DNA of 63,737 bases, the filler included, from Hyphochytrium catenoides (Eukaryota > Protista > Hyphochytriomycota): the NCBI GenBank assembly GCA_900088475.1. It is 13 parts of 13 records of this genome, joined end to end, with 100 filler letters (N's around TTAATTAATTAA, not from the genome) between each part and the next. Parts side by side here need not be neighbours in the genome. Positions count along the whole stretch, not along the records: positions 35,001 to 43,779 come from FLMG01002518.1; positions 43,880 to 44,971 come from FLMG01002145.1; positions 45,072 to 48,616 come from FLMG01001635.1; positions 48,717 to 50,313 come from FLMG01003839.1; 9 more parts are not named here. The stretch is one strand, 5' to 3'. The notes below the pieces were generated by a model, which was not told where the DNA came from, ran no database searches, and saw only the letters and a list, made by a program, of their open reading frames with translations. Below, piece by piece: positions 37,755 to 50,031 of this stretch (position 1 is the first letter of the stretch; every line of letters begins with the position of its first letter). The translations under genes were made by a program, and so were the position numbers.

Positions 37755-40700
37755 TCAAGAGCTGGCGGCGTAGTCCTCTACGTTCCTGACATAGTGCTCG
37801 CATATGGCTCTCAATTGCGAGGCATTGCTCATTTCAGCGGCTTGCAAGAGGTACTCGGCGTTGTCTACTCGAACAGCCTCCTGCAGATAGAACTCACACG
37901 TCTGTTTTAGGTGGTCGAGCATGTACTGGTCTGCCACCTGCGGGAATTGAAGGGAGAGGTCGGGTTGCCGTCAAACGTGAGCTTCCCCTTTTCGATTTCC
38001 TCGGGACCTCTTTTCTTCAACTCTCTCTTCTCTCTACCTTTTCACAAGCCAGGGACAAAAGGATGGTAGCGGCTACCCCTTCGCTCCATTGAGCATGCTC
38101 AAATCAGTCTGGTAACGGAGCCGTCATTCGTTCTATCGTCCTTCTTTCAATCAAACCCTCGTGTCTCTCTCTCTCTCTTGCCCCTTCCTGTCAATCTTTC
38201 CCAAACCTCCTACCTGTAAGAGCTCTAATGCAAGCGGGATGTTGATGTTCTGATGATGTCCTAGGAGCTCAGTCGTGTTGCCCGTGTACAGATACTCCAT
38301 CATCTTCATGAACGCGTAATAGCTTACACCTTCCACACGGATCTCCTTTGCCACTGACTCTCGAAACCCTAAAGAGCACACAACGGTTCCCCCAGATTGT
38401 CATCCAGAAGGATAGTAATCAGCCGATAAAGTTCACAAGCAAGACTAGCTGACTGAAAGCAGGAGAACGAGATACAGAAGGAGACCAAGGTCAGGAAAGT
38501 TTGCAAAAGATATTTGAGTACTTGAAGGACCGAGGAATGTAGAGAAGTAAGGTAAGATATAGGATCCTAGTATTGACGTTCGAGAGTGACTCTCAGACTG
38601 GTAACAGAATGTCTTGTCATTACTCTATTAGGACAGATTGAAGACGCTCTCTTACCGCTCGTGAACATCGCTCTGAATCTCTCGCTAGCCATACTCAAGA
38701 TGATCTTATGTGCATGCACTGTCCTCCCTTCCACGATCTATAGGAGGTAACAAAGAAGGCACAGAGTCATAAGAAGTCCAGTCTTTCAAAGCGCTAGCCA
38801 GCGTTTACTTACAAAAGAAATGTCCGAGAACTCCTCATTATTCCAGTATCTATGGGACAGCGCGGGAAGCACATCCATTGAAGAAGGAAGAGTGACCTTT
38901 GCCTGAGGTTTGGGGTCTGTGTCTAGAATGTATGTGTCGCCTAAGTAGTCGCGACCGTAGCTGCCGCCAAAAATTATCAGTCTCCGTCCGGCTGCGGCTG
39001 CACTGTGTCCTGATCTCCGGGAAGGTCCTCTGCCATAAATGAGAACTTGGGGACTACACCGGCAGAATTTAAACGGAGCAGGCAATATCGAACAGGGACG
39101 CGCTCATTAGGGACAGGTATGGGATAATATGACTAATCAGAAAGGCGAGGCAGAACCCAGAAGGGATAGGGAGAAGGGTTAAGAGTCCCTTGTCATACCG
39201 ACGGAGCAACTAAAGGTGCACGCTTAGCAAAGTTGAGGCTACCAGTGAAAATACTCTAAGGACATTTGTCCTGTATCTCTTACCTCTCCGGGTTGTCATT
39301 AGGGTTGGCATCGCACATACTATCGTACACTCCTGACCTCATGCTAGGCATCGCCTCTGGCAGCACCGATTCACTTTCCTTGCCTTGCTTGTCAGCCTGT
39401 ACTGTTTCTATCCACCTCATTGTTTCTTAGAAGCAGAAGCAGACGTCAAACGATAGAAGGCGCAATATATCAATTCTCTTTAACTCTGTTGGATCAGCAA
39501 TGTTGGATGGACCTTGGGCCACAAACAAGCAAATCTGACTGACTATATGAGACGAAGCTCGCAATAATGCGCAATAGCATCCCGCATGTAATGGCAGAAA
39601 AGATCCCGATAATTGCAAAGGCGACAGGGAACAGCCTGAAGAATCTCGAGAAAATGAGATGCATCGTTACCAGGGTCAAAGATCTGCACATCATTCAGAC
39701 ACTTTGTCGATGGCCCGGAGCCTCCAAAAATGTAAATCTTCCCGTTAACGGTGGTCATCGAAGTTCCTGCTCGAGGAATAGGGATCACTCCGCCAACCTC
39801 AGGAGTTGTCCAAACCAAAGTTTCTAAGGAGCAAATCCCGAAGAGTTAGCCTTAAGAAAGAACAAAGTGAGGGCCTATTGGCTTACCTGTATCTAAGACG
39901 TGAATCTCATTCAGCCGCTTAAAGCCGTCCCAGCCGCCGAAGACGAATAACCGGCGCCCCGCTACTGCAGAACAATGATTGGCACGGGGCCGGGGAGGCT
40001 CTCCCGTAGTCTCAATGTAGGACCAGTGCATCGTGTCTGACGGCAGAAGAAGCCCATAGAAGAAGATTGGTCGAGAGAGCGAGAAGAGATAAGACCAGGA
40101 CCCAAATGGTGAAAAGGGTGCACAGCATCGGAGGAAGCGAGAGTATTTAAGGAGTAAGACAGTATCAAAGGTCCACATGCAGAAGACAGGTTATCATGGA
40201 CTGGTAAAGAAAAGACCTCGGATGCTTTTGGCCAGCATTATCAGCCACCAAGAGAATGTCCAAGAGTATCATGCTTGAAGCTGAGAATGTCACACCTATA
40301 TGAAGTCCATGTAGATCATTAAAGTAATTCTTCCCGTCTCCGCCTCTGAAAACGAAAATCTGTCGAAGATGTTCAATGTAGTCTGCGGTGTGCATGTTAC
40401 AGGGCCCTTTGACGGGTAGATCCATAACAGCGGGTAGGATGACCGGATAGACAGCGGGTATGATGGTCGGATGGACACGGCGGAGCGGGAGAGACAAGAG
40501 ATGGTAAGCCACACAGCCAGAAGTGATTGTAAGTCACACTTAAAAGGGGCGAGATTAGATGACCAGGGATGGAATATACACGCTAAACAAAGTCTGCCTG
40601 CATAGGTCGCTATGCGTAGATGTCGTCACAAGAATCTAACCTGGAGACTTTCCAGTTGTGATTGGCTGCTCCCATGTTGCCGTATCTATCATTCAGAAGA

Positions 40701-41435
40701 GATTATTAGTACTATCGTTGTCTTAGACGAACTAAGGGAAGCCACCAACCGCCAGAGGATAAGGCGGATAACAGGGAGAGTAGCTATGTACTGGACACCA
40801 GAAGGGTAGTCTAGGATCTATGTGTGTCAGAGAACCAAGAGAAGATTTAGCGTAGAAGGGCCGGTCGAAGCCTGAATTACGGAAGAGCTAAAGTCGTAGC
40901 ACCAACCTAAGTGCAGCACGTGCATCTCGTCTGTTGCATAAGGACCTTCCCCTAACCAACCTCCAATCACAAACACCTTGCGATCTGCATAGGTTGCAGT
41001 ATGGCCATTGCGGCCCACTGGTGGCTTGCCCCGGGCACTGCGAAGCCACTTCCAAGACCCTGTGTCTGCAAAGCAAGGATGTGTTAGCGAAGATGGGCTC
41101 CACGGGGTTTCTCTTCTGTGTGGATGCGATTGCAAGGATAAAGGAGAGGTCTCCTACGACAGTAACCAAATAACCAATGCAGAAGGCTGTCTGCCTTACC
41201 CAGGTCCAAGACATTGACGTAGGAGAGGTTCCTTCGCCCGTCATAGCCTCCGAACACAAGAACATGGTTGTTCACGCATACAATGGCACTGTTCATGTCG
41301 GACGAAGGGGCATTAGTAGTATGAAACGACAGAAGGCGATACAAGCGGGATAGGGAGTGATAAGGCTTACTGGTTTTTGACGGCATTAATGGTCCCTGTG
41401 GTATTGATCTCAGCCCAGCGCATGAATGTGCCCAT
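37755..41435 (-). CDS. Kelch-repeat + BTB/POZ (+BACK-like) protein, LZTR1-like Cullin-3 adaptor; multi-exon
   Basis: MGTFMRWAEINTTGTINAVKN|HAIVCVNNHVLVFGGYDG; PPVGRNGHTAT...VFVIGGW; GPCNMHTAD...FRGGDG; PRPRANHCSA...FVFGGWDG; PRAGTS...YIFGGSG; RRSGHSA...IIFGGSYG; NNEEFSDISF|IVEGRTVHAHKIILSM...RFRAMF; FMKMMEYLYTG; ADQYMLDHLKQTCE...QLRAICEHY...ASS*. Confidence 0.9.
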
Positions 41436-42115
41436 GCTTTGGGATCCCTCTGTGACCTGCGAAATAGTTCAGGAACCAAGACCTTCAGAGGCAACTAACA
41501 GTATTAAAGGTAATCATCTTGGAGTCCTGAATCCCAGCCTTTATACTCTCGCCGGCACAAGAGTATTGAACGTACGGACCGCAAATGGCTACCGTCGGAG
41601 CCGAGACGGAGTCGTCATCGAACTTCAAAATGAGCAGGAACTCCAATAAATCTCAATTTGAGAAACTCAACAATGCGAAATTCATCTGTTCAGAGTCCTC
41701 GCTCTTGATGGAAAGCTTCAACTCTGGCAAGTGATGTTTCTTTCAACAAGGAATAACATAGTTTTATATAGTAAATGTTGTGTTTCTGGATACTTTGCAT
41801 AGTGAAATCTTTCATAGTACGTTTTCCGTATCTCTCTGCCTCAATTACGGTATAGAAAATCAGTATATTAGTTATCAGCAAATGATTCTTATTAAAGGCG
41901 ATGACCAGTGGTTCAGGAGATGCAGATGCAGGTTCTGATGAAGCTTCCAGAAGAGCCTTCCAGCTGAGTATCAGCACTATAAAACAGAGCTCAAGCGCGA
42001 TAAGGAGCTCTTATCCTATGGGAGTGTCCTAGACAAGTTCCTCATAACAAGTAAATTAAGGTTATCCTCGACTGCGAGAGGCAGCCATTCATTCTTCTCC
42101 ATAATCAAGAGAAGG

Positions 42116-43345
42116 ATGGTCTTCTTTGTGTGTGAAGGATGCAACGAGTCTCTAAAGAAGAACAAGGTCGACACTCATGCCCGGCAATGTCGCAACTGCT
42201 ACGCAGTGACTTGCGTCGACTGCAATCAGACTTTTCACGGAGATGACTTTAGAGCCCACACTGTCTGCATCTCAGAGGCCGAGAAATACGAAGGTTCCCT
42301 ATATAAAGGAAAGAAGCCAGGCGCCGGAAAGAAGCGGACCGCTCAGGAGCAATGGTTAGACGCAATCGCAGAAGCCCAAAGCTCCGACTCCAAAGTTCAA
42401 CAAGCGCTTGACCAGCTTAAGAACTTTGAGAACATTCCCCGCAAGAAAGCGAAGTTTTTGAACTTTATCAAGAACAGTCTTAGACTTAGAGATGCCAGAC
42501 TAAAAGAAGCATTGTGGGCTGCCCTTGAGGCGGCTTTTCAGCAACAACAACGGATTGATTCCGCGCAGGTGCGAAGTCCTCGCAAAGATAATCCTTCTCC
42601 TCTCTTCTTCCCTCTCCCTAGGCACTTTCTAAGGCCTCTCTTCCTCAAATACCTTCCTTCGTCCACCTTCCCTGCAACTATGCCAGAGCTTCAGTCTCGC
42701 ATCTTCTTAATTTTATTTTATTTTCTTTCTAGACTTCTCTTTCTAGGCTTCTCTCTTCCGCTTCCCATCCTAATTCTCCCACTTCTCTGTATCCAGGGAG
42801 ATGCTAAGAAGCCGGATGTAGAAGAAGTGAAGGCCAAGGATGGCTCAACAAGCAAGAAGGAGGACGCCAACGAATCGCAGAACAAGGAGGACTTAGGTGA
42901 AAGCAGTAGCGAGGTGAAGAAAGAAAGAAAGAAAGCAAAGAGAAAGACCGAGGAAGAAGAAACGTCAGGCAAGCAGGAGCAACCCGATCAGAAAAAGTCC
43001 AAGAAGAGGAGGAGGGAAGACAAAGACACAGATGTGACGGACCAGGAGGAAGCCCCTGAGTCGCCTCAAGAAGAAGGAAGAAAATGCGGTTCAGGCATTG
43101 AAAAAGAGACCCAGGAAGGGCTTGAAGTCGATAGAAATGCAATGAGGAAGCTGGCCAAGAAGCTGTTGAAGGAGAAAGAAGGTGGGATAAAGCTCAAGAA
43201 GCTTCGGAGGGCCATCGTCAAAGAGTTATTGGGGACAAGCGATAGCAGTAGTAAGGCAGAGCTCAAGAAGCTATTTGATGACACAGTGCCATCGTACAAA
43301 AGACTCAACGTCGGAGAAGACGGCCTGGTCACTCTCTCCAAGTAA
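42116..43345 (+). CDS. LYAR: LYAR-type C2HC zinc-finger nucleolar protein; probably two exons, 42116-42568 and 42797-43345
   Basis: MVFFVCEGCNESLKKNKVDTHARQC...VTCVDC...FRAHTVCISEAEKYEG and NIPRKKAKFLNFIKNSL, followed by a Lys/Glu-rich C-terminus. GT at 42569 and pyrimidine tract + CAG at 42796. Confidence 0.93.
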   Translation: MVFFVCEGCNESLKKNKVDTHARQCRNCYAVTCVDCNQTFHGDDFRAHTVCISEAEKYEGSLYKGKKPGAGKKRTAQEQWLDAIAEAQSSDSKVQQALDQLKNFENIPRKKAKFLNFIKNSLRLRDARLKEALWAALEAAFQQQQRIDSAQVRSPRKDNPSPLFFPLPRHFLRPLFLKYLPSSTFPATMPELQSRIFLILFYFLSRLLFLGFSLPLPILILPLLCIQGDAKKPDVEEVKAKDGSTSKKEDANESQNKEDLGESSSEVKKERKKAKRKTEEEETSGKQEQPDQKKSKKRRREDKDTDVTDQEEAPESPQEEGRKCGSGIEKETQEGLEVDRNAMRKLAKKLLKEKEGGIKLKKLRRAIVKELLGTSDSSSKAELKKLFDDTVPSYKRLNVGEDGLVTLSK

Positions 43346-43650
43346 AAATTAACTTATATCTCTCAGGTGTCGACTGGATCGTCTGTCTCCTTTTCTTCTC
43401 ATCTAGTTCTCTTTATCCTATCATTTTCTCATACATAACTTTTAGGAAGAAGAAGAAGCAGGACGTTAAACGCTGAAGAATAATAGAGATGAGGAAGCGT
43501 TACATCTAGGAGACGACACATCAGGGGCTTCACTCACTATTACAGTCAGCAACATCATTACAGTTGGCGCAGCGTTACCGCGGTTAAGATAGAGCTCCAT
43601 AAAGCTGCATACCATGTCTCAGGTCATCAGGAGAAGGAGAACAGAATGAG

Positions 43651-43693
<43 letters not shown>

Positions 43694-43879
43694 CAGATCA
43701 TCTGGTGTGTCTTCTTATTACTTCTTTTACTTCTCTTTACACTTCTCTCCTTCCGCCACTGATTCTGATGCGTTCCCACNNNNNNNNNNNNNNNNNNNNN
43801 NNNNNNNNNNNNNNNNNNNNNNNTTAATTAATTAANNNNNNNNNNNNNNNNNNNNNNNNNNNNNNNNNNNNNNNNNNNN

Positions 43880-44971
43880 CGTGTCGAAACTTCGTGCAGC
43901 TCTGCCTTGAAGGGGTAAGAGGGATCATGTGTCCTGGTGGAGCCCTTTGACGACTGCACATCTGCTCGAGCTGGACTGCCATCTCTTACCTTCTATGTCC
44001 TCCCTTCTTTCTTCTGTGTCCCATCAATCTGCGAGCTGGTGCGCAGTGTAGAGCTAACAATCAACCACCTTCTTCTAGCACGCCAGCTTTCCTTCTTCTT
44101 CGTGCACTTGCCTGCGCTTTTCCTTCCGCCCCCAGCGCCATCGTTCCCTCCCAGAGCCTTTGTAAGGCTCTATCTCTCTTTCGCTCTGAGTTCGGGGCTT
44201 CTCTCACCATTACTTCTGCTCCCAGTACTATGACAACACGATCTTTCATCGGCTTATCAAGGACTTTATGTTGCAAGGCGGAGATCCCACGGGGACAGGC
44301 TCAGGTAGCTGGACCATTCCTCTCTCAGCTTCATCACGCCTTGTTCTTCACTAGATTGCTTCACTCTGTCTGTCTCTGCCCATCTCATAGCTAGACTCTT
44401 TTACTATCCCCTGCAGATGAGTCTAAACCATGCGTGCTGCTCAATCTTGTTGCTTCACTTGTCTCGACCGTTCTCATTCCTCGTCTTCCCCTTCGTTCCT
44501 GTCCAGAACCCGGTTACTATCCCTCTGCCTCCCGTCGTTGTCCGTGTGCCTGCCTGTCTCTCTCTCTCTCGCCGCTCTCATTCTCTGTTGCCATCCTCTC
44601 TTCTCTACTTCTGTGACTGTTTTCTCCTCTCCTTTCCCTCTTATTTCTTTCTCCCACTCTTCTGGCGGGACGGTCTCTCCTGCGTTATCAGCAGTTTTCA
44701 ATTCTCGTTCATTGTCGAAGCACCCATGGGCTTCTACTCCTTTTCTTAAGGCTTCTTTCCTCTTGGAGTTTAAGTCTCGACCTCCAGTATTCACCCTTCG
44801 CTCGCCCTCCGATCATCCGCCCGCTCATCCATCTTCTCCCTCCTTTCTTTAGGCGGCGAGTCTGTCTATGGAGGAGCCTTTCAGGACGAGTTCCACTCTC
44901 GTCTGCGCTTCAATCACCGTGGAATATTAGCGATGGCGAACGAGAACAAGCCACACTCAAACCACAGCCAG
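43880..44971 (+). CDS. CWC27: Spliceosomal cyclophilin-type PPIase, CWC27-like, internal fragment (exons 43880-43914, 44226-44304, 44853-44971)
   Basis: [11 protein letters not shown]|[26 protein letters not shown]|[48 protein letters not shown] and DEFHSRLRF are typical of CWC27. Both ends are cut by spacers. Confidence 0.85.
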
Positions 44972-45072
44972 NNNNNNNNNNNNNNNNNNNNNNNNNNNNN
45001 NNNNNNNNNNNNNNNTTAATTAATTAANNNNNNNNNNNNNNNNNNNNNNNNNNNNNNNNNNNNNNNNNNNNC

Positions 45073-45120
45073 GACGATGAGGATGAAGACAACTTCGATG
45101 ACACTGACTTTGACTTCTAA
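45073..45120 (+). CDS. Acidic C-terminal tip of an unidentified gene cut by the spacer
   Basis: DDEDEDNFDDTDFDF* at the contig start, convergent with the oxidoreductase gene. Confidence 0.35.
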   Translation, partial: DDEDEDNFDDTDFDF

Positions 45121-45826
45121 GACGGTCCATTGCGTCTCTCTTAGTCCTTGCCTTACGCTCCTCTCTCTCCTTTCTGTCGTCTACCCATCTCTCCCTCAGC
45201 AGATGAGCGACTGCAGTGAGGATGGACAAGAGGCAGGGGAAGACAGATGGAAAATGGGGAGAGAGTGTGCAAGTGGGTTAGAATCAGTGCTCTTTGCGGT
45301 GGAGCTTCTGGGAAGAGGAGAAAGAGAGGACGAACGTGGGGAGAGACAGGAGGCTCAACTCTGGCTTATAACCTTGATGAAGATGGTGCGTGTGTATATT
45401 CCGGCCTTGGGGACATGGCTGCACCTCTTTTATCTCTAGCTATTACCCGTGAAGGGGAAGTAAGGAATAAGAGATGTAGGAGGACTAAGAGCAAAAGGAG
45501 AAGGGAGTTAAAGCTCTTCTCCTATGTTGCCTTCGCTAAGAGTTAAAAGAAGAAGAGAACTCAAAAGTCCATTGCTTATACATTTCCACCTGGAACGTGC
45601 CTCTGATGCCGTTACCTAGCTATGCCTCCCCGTCATCTACAGAGAAAGCGATTGCCCGACTGATATATTGGGACTGGAAGAGGAGTGTATAGAGAGACAA
45701 TTCGGTGGTGCGGGAAAGCTCTTGCCCTTGTTAGGCTTTGGCAGCTCTTACACAGCAACGATCCCTATTATTGTCTCTCTCTTAGTCTCTCTCTCTCTCG
45801 TGGCTTCATCGCTCCCAACCCCCTCT

Positions 45827-45872
<46 letters not shown>

Positions 45873-45970
45873 CTCTCTCTCTCTCGCTCTATCTCTGTGG
45901 CTCTGCCAGGATGTCGTTCTCGCAGATTTGACCTATCCAGTACTCTGCTGCTTTTCACTACTTCATATGC

Positions 45971-48616
45971 TCATTGCGTGCAGTCGAGGACCACCTTCCC
46001 TGTTGACTTTCTGCTGAGCACAAAGTCAAACGCGTCGTTGATCTGCTCTAAGGAATAAACCTTAGAAACGTGGGGCTCCAGCTCACCCTTTACCATCGAA
46101 GGGATCACATAGTTCATCGCAGAATCGACGAGCACCTGAGGGAGAGAGTGTGGGGGAAGGGAAGGTAAAGACTTTGACCCAGGCCAGATCGAGACGACGC
46201 AGCTGAATCGAACACGAAGAGAGATAGACGGAGAAGAGAGGGAGGAAAGGTTGAGACGGAGAAGAAACAGACACTAGCGAGGGAGAGGAAGCATGAGCGA
46301 GCGAGAAGAAAAAAAGGATAGAGAGAGAGAGAGAGGAAGCGTGAGCGAGCGAGAAGAAACAGAGCATAAAGAGCGAGGAGAAGCATGAGTGAGCGAGAAA
46401 GATATAGAGAAGCAGTTAGGTAGATAGAGGGAGAGAAGGACGAAAAGGAGCTGGCTTTTGTCATTATGTCTACCTTCGGATCATTTTGGGCGTACGCTCC
46501 CCAGAAGAGTCCTAAGGCACTGACATTCTTCACCAGCAGCAAGTTTGCAGGGATCTTGGGGATGGAGCCAGAGGCGAAGCCCACCACCACCACTCGGCCC
46601 TCCCAGGCCATCGAGCGCAGGAGCAAATCAAACGTCTCTCCTCCCACCTGTGGCCAGCAAGAGGTGAGAGAAGGAGGTTAGGCGCGTTGGCCTCTTTAAT
46701 AGACTAAGTGAGAGAGGAAACTGACATCTGTGAAGACTGCGGTGGCCGCTAAGAGGCAGAAAGGAGGCGAATGATGAGGCCGCAAAATCAAGAAAGCCAA
46801 GAGGATTAAAAAGGAGAAGGTTCACTTGGGGGTAGGGAGAGAGAGAGGGAACGAGAGAGAGAGAGAGAGAGATGTGAGAGATAGAGAGAGACGCACGCAC
46901 CATATCCACGGCTACATTCACCCCCTTTCCTTGCGTTATCTCTTTGATTTTGTCTTTGATGTTCTCCTTATTATAGTCAATGCAGTGGTCCGCACCCTTC
47001 CCACGACACACTTCCAACTTGTCCGCGCCTCCCGCAGCGGCGATGACTTCTCCTCCCATTCTCTTTGCAATTTCTATGGCAGCAAGGCCAACACCGCCCG
47101 CTGCGGCGGTGATGAGAACACGTTCTCCAGGTTGTAGATGCGCTCTGTGGGAGAGGGAGAGGTGGGCAGTACCTGGGGGACAATGGGAAGACAGAGAAAG
47201 AAAGTATGAGAGAGAAGGCGAGAGAGAGAGAAAAGAGAGATTGAGAGAGAGAGATTGAGAGAGAGAGAAAAAAAGAGAGAGAAAGAGCTAGAGAGCAAGA
47301 GCCATTCAAAGAAGACAGCTCTCAGTATGGTGAGACAAGGCAAGGCAGTATGGTCATTGGAGAGGGAAGATATCTCCAACTCTAGGGAGAGACGATAGAC
47401 CAAGAAAGGATGAGTAAGAGCACGAGAGAAGCAGGTCAGAGCCCATGTGCTTAGCTGCAGAGAAGAAGAAAGAGAGAGAGGGTTGGGACGCGATCAAGCC
47501 AGAGAGAGAGCAACCAGTATCCGCATGCCACATGGAAGAGGGAGAGAGAGAGAGAAGAGACCCATAGCCAGCATGAGGATGGATTCACTGACCATAATGT
47601 ACCATCAGGGCGGCAGCAGCGTTGAAGTCTGTCCATGAAGATGGAAGCTTCATCAGCATCCTAAAGTTGTTGACGCACTCAGAGGCGAAGCCTGCTGAGC
47701 CCAAGGAGATGACCTTGTCTCCCTCCTGTCTCCCGTCAAGTTAAAGACAAAGAGAGAAGGAGAGGATGGGGTAGCAAGCCGGTGTGAGAAAGACAGACAA
47801 GGAGGAGCAGAGGGGTTGCGAGGAGAGAGAGAGAGAGAAGACAGAGAGGGAAAGAATTAGCAAAAGGAAGAAAGAGAGGAAAAGAGGAAAGAAAACACAA
47901 GAGAGAGACAGTGAGAACAAAGAAAGAGAGAGAGAGAGAAGGAGAAAGAGAGAAGGGGAGAGAGAGACAGAGAGAGAGTGACAGGGCGAGAGACAGAGAG
48001 AGAGAGAGAGAGAGAGNNNNNNNNNNNNNNNNNNNNNNNNNNNNNNNNNNGAGAGAGAGAGAGAGAGGACACTTGTACCTTAAAGCCCTTCACTCCCTCT
48101 CCGACTTCCAGGACCTCTCCTGCGACTTCATAGCCAGGTGTAAAAGGGGGATCAAGCTTGACTTGGTACTTCCCCTGGCTCTGCAGAATGTCTGCGAAGT
48201 TTATCCCTGCGGCCTTCACTCCAATGCGGACCTGAAGAAGAGAAGGAGAGAGAGGAGAGGGTTGAGAGCGGAGAGAGAGAGAGATCTGATGCTGAGCTAG
48301 TGCCAAAAAATGTGGTGAGAAGTAGAGAGAAAGAGACAGCGTGAAAGAGAGAGAGAGAGAGCGAAAAGAGGAAGAAAACCTAGAGAAAAAAGAGAGAGAT
48401 ATATTTCACATGGACAGGCATGCCGAGAGAGTCAGCGGGAAGTTAAAAAGAAGCAAAGAGGGAACGAGTAGAGAGAGAGAGAAAAGTTCTCCACACACCT
48501 CGCCCTTCTTCAAGCTCTGACGGGGAAGGGTCTTCATCTGAAGCGGCTCTCCCAGTGCGGTCACCACCGCAGCTGCATACTCCTCGCGGGAAGAGGAAGA
48601 GAAGGGCGAAGAAAGA
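45971..48616 (-). CDS. NADPH:quinone oxidoreductase-like (zeta-crystallin/MDR family); multi-exon, 5' end missing
   Basis: AAVVTALGEPLQM...|VRIGVKAAGINFADILQSQGKYQVKLDPPFTPGYEVAGEV|...LQPGERVLITAAAGGVGLAAIEIAK...GADHCIDY...GKGVNVAVDM|VGGETF...WEGRVVVVGFASGSIPKIPANLLLVKN...|LEPHVSKVYSLEQINDAFDFVLSRKSTGKVVLDCTQ*. Confidence 0.92.
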
Positions 48617-49893
48617 NNNNNNNNNNNNNNNNNNNNNNNNNNNNNNNNNNNNNNNNNNNNTTAATTAATTAANNNNNNNNNNNNNNNNNNNNNNNNNNNN
48701 NNNNNNNNNNNNNNNNATCGAGGCTCAGGCAAACACCGGTATAACGAGGCTTGCATCCTTGTCTTTCCCGTAAGGGATCTCATGGGAGAAGATCATGGAC
48801 GAAGACCAACCCCAGACTTATTTCTCTCTTTGTCTGGTCAATCAGGACAAGCGATGACACAGACGGCCAGTTTGCCTGTATGAGCAGGGAAGACTCACAA
48901 GTTGTCTCTTCCTGGCCTCTCTCTCTCTCTACCTGTCACCTGCATCTCTCCCCTGACTCTCTCTTTCTCCTGGCATCACGTCCAAAGCCCGGGGGGCAGG
49001 CGAAAGAATGTGGGACTGACGGGAACAGATCTTGGAGGCCAACCAAAGCTCTTGTTTGTCTCGTTCTTATCTCTTACGAGGAACCTGTGTGGCCCAGCTC
49101 TTTTTGGCGGCGTAGCTCCATGGCCATCCTTAGCTTTCACTTACAGGCTACTCGATAGAAGACTCAAAGCTATGCCGCGGGTTTTGATGACTGATATCTA
49201 GTCTCTAGCAAGCTCTTGAACAGTGGCACTAGCAGAGGATCAACAGCTAACGAAAGAGATTGAGAGAGAGACAGACATTGGGTCAATGACTCTAAACGGT
49301 GCGGACTCTCCAGAGAAAGGTGGATAAGCTCTAGCAAGTAAAAGCTATGTTATATATTACACAGCGCTGTAGGTCGGGCATAGGGATTGTCGGGAGCTCC
49401 GAAAACCTGGTCCACACATGAGATTCGGACGAGGCTCCTAGGCTCTCTTAAGGAGTTTATCTTGCATATCATTTCCATAAGAATGGCAGGAAGACGGCCT
49501 CTCCATGGAACGGAGCAAGGCTTCTGTCCTTGAATATGCGGAGAAGAGAGAAGCGTTGCCAATAGCCAGAGAACGAGGGTCTGGGGCTCGTAAAGACGAC
49601 GCGGACAGTGTTGCTTGCTCAAACATTCCATCTGGGCTTATAAACTGGGACAGACGTATCAGTTAACGGGAGGAAGCTCAGCGGAGGGACTGTAACAGGC
49701 AAGATGAGCCCAAGGAAAGGCAAGACATGAAAAGGAAATGCCGCCCGAAGATCAGCGCCACACAGTGTGACAGTCTAGGCGTTCTATCTATGACCTCATC
49801 ATGGCCCATTCAGGTCTTGTCAGGCCTCAAGAACATGTGGGTGACTCTAGGGCGGACTTTCCTAGTGTCCTTACGGCTCATACCGCTCTGTTG

Positions 49894-50031
49894 ACTCTAA
49901 ACAAGTTCTTGAGGCATATCAAGAGTGGGCCTGATGGCTTGAGAACGAAGACATCCACTCATACTCTAAACAAGTTCTTGAGGCATATCAAGAGTGGGCC
50001 TGATGGCTTGAGAACGAAGACATCCACTCAT
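49894..50031. repeat. Perfect 69-bp tandem duplication
   Basis: actctaaacaagttcttgaggcatatcaagagtgggcctgatggcttgagaacgaagacatccactcat occurs at 49894-49962 and 49963-50031. Confidence 0.95.

Noticed and set aside
40426-40475. Two 24-bp imperfect tandem units in a kelch-gene intron
   Set aside because: This is a short intronic duplication with only two copies and no spacer structure, so it is not CRISPR-like.
43880-45120. Joining the CWC27 fragment to the acidic tail at 45073-45120
   Set aside because: They are separated by an artificial spacer and the tail has no motif I can tie to CWC27.
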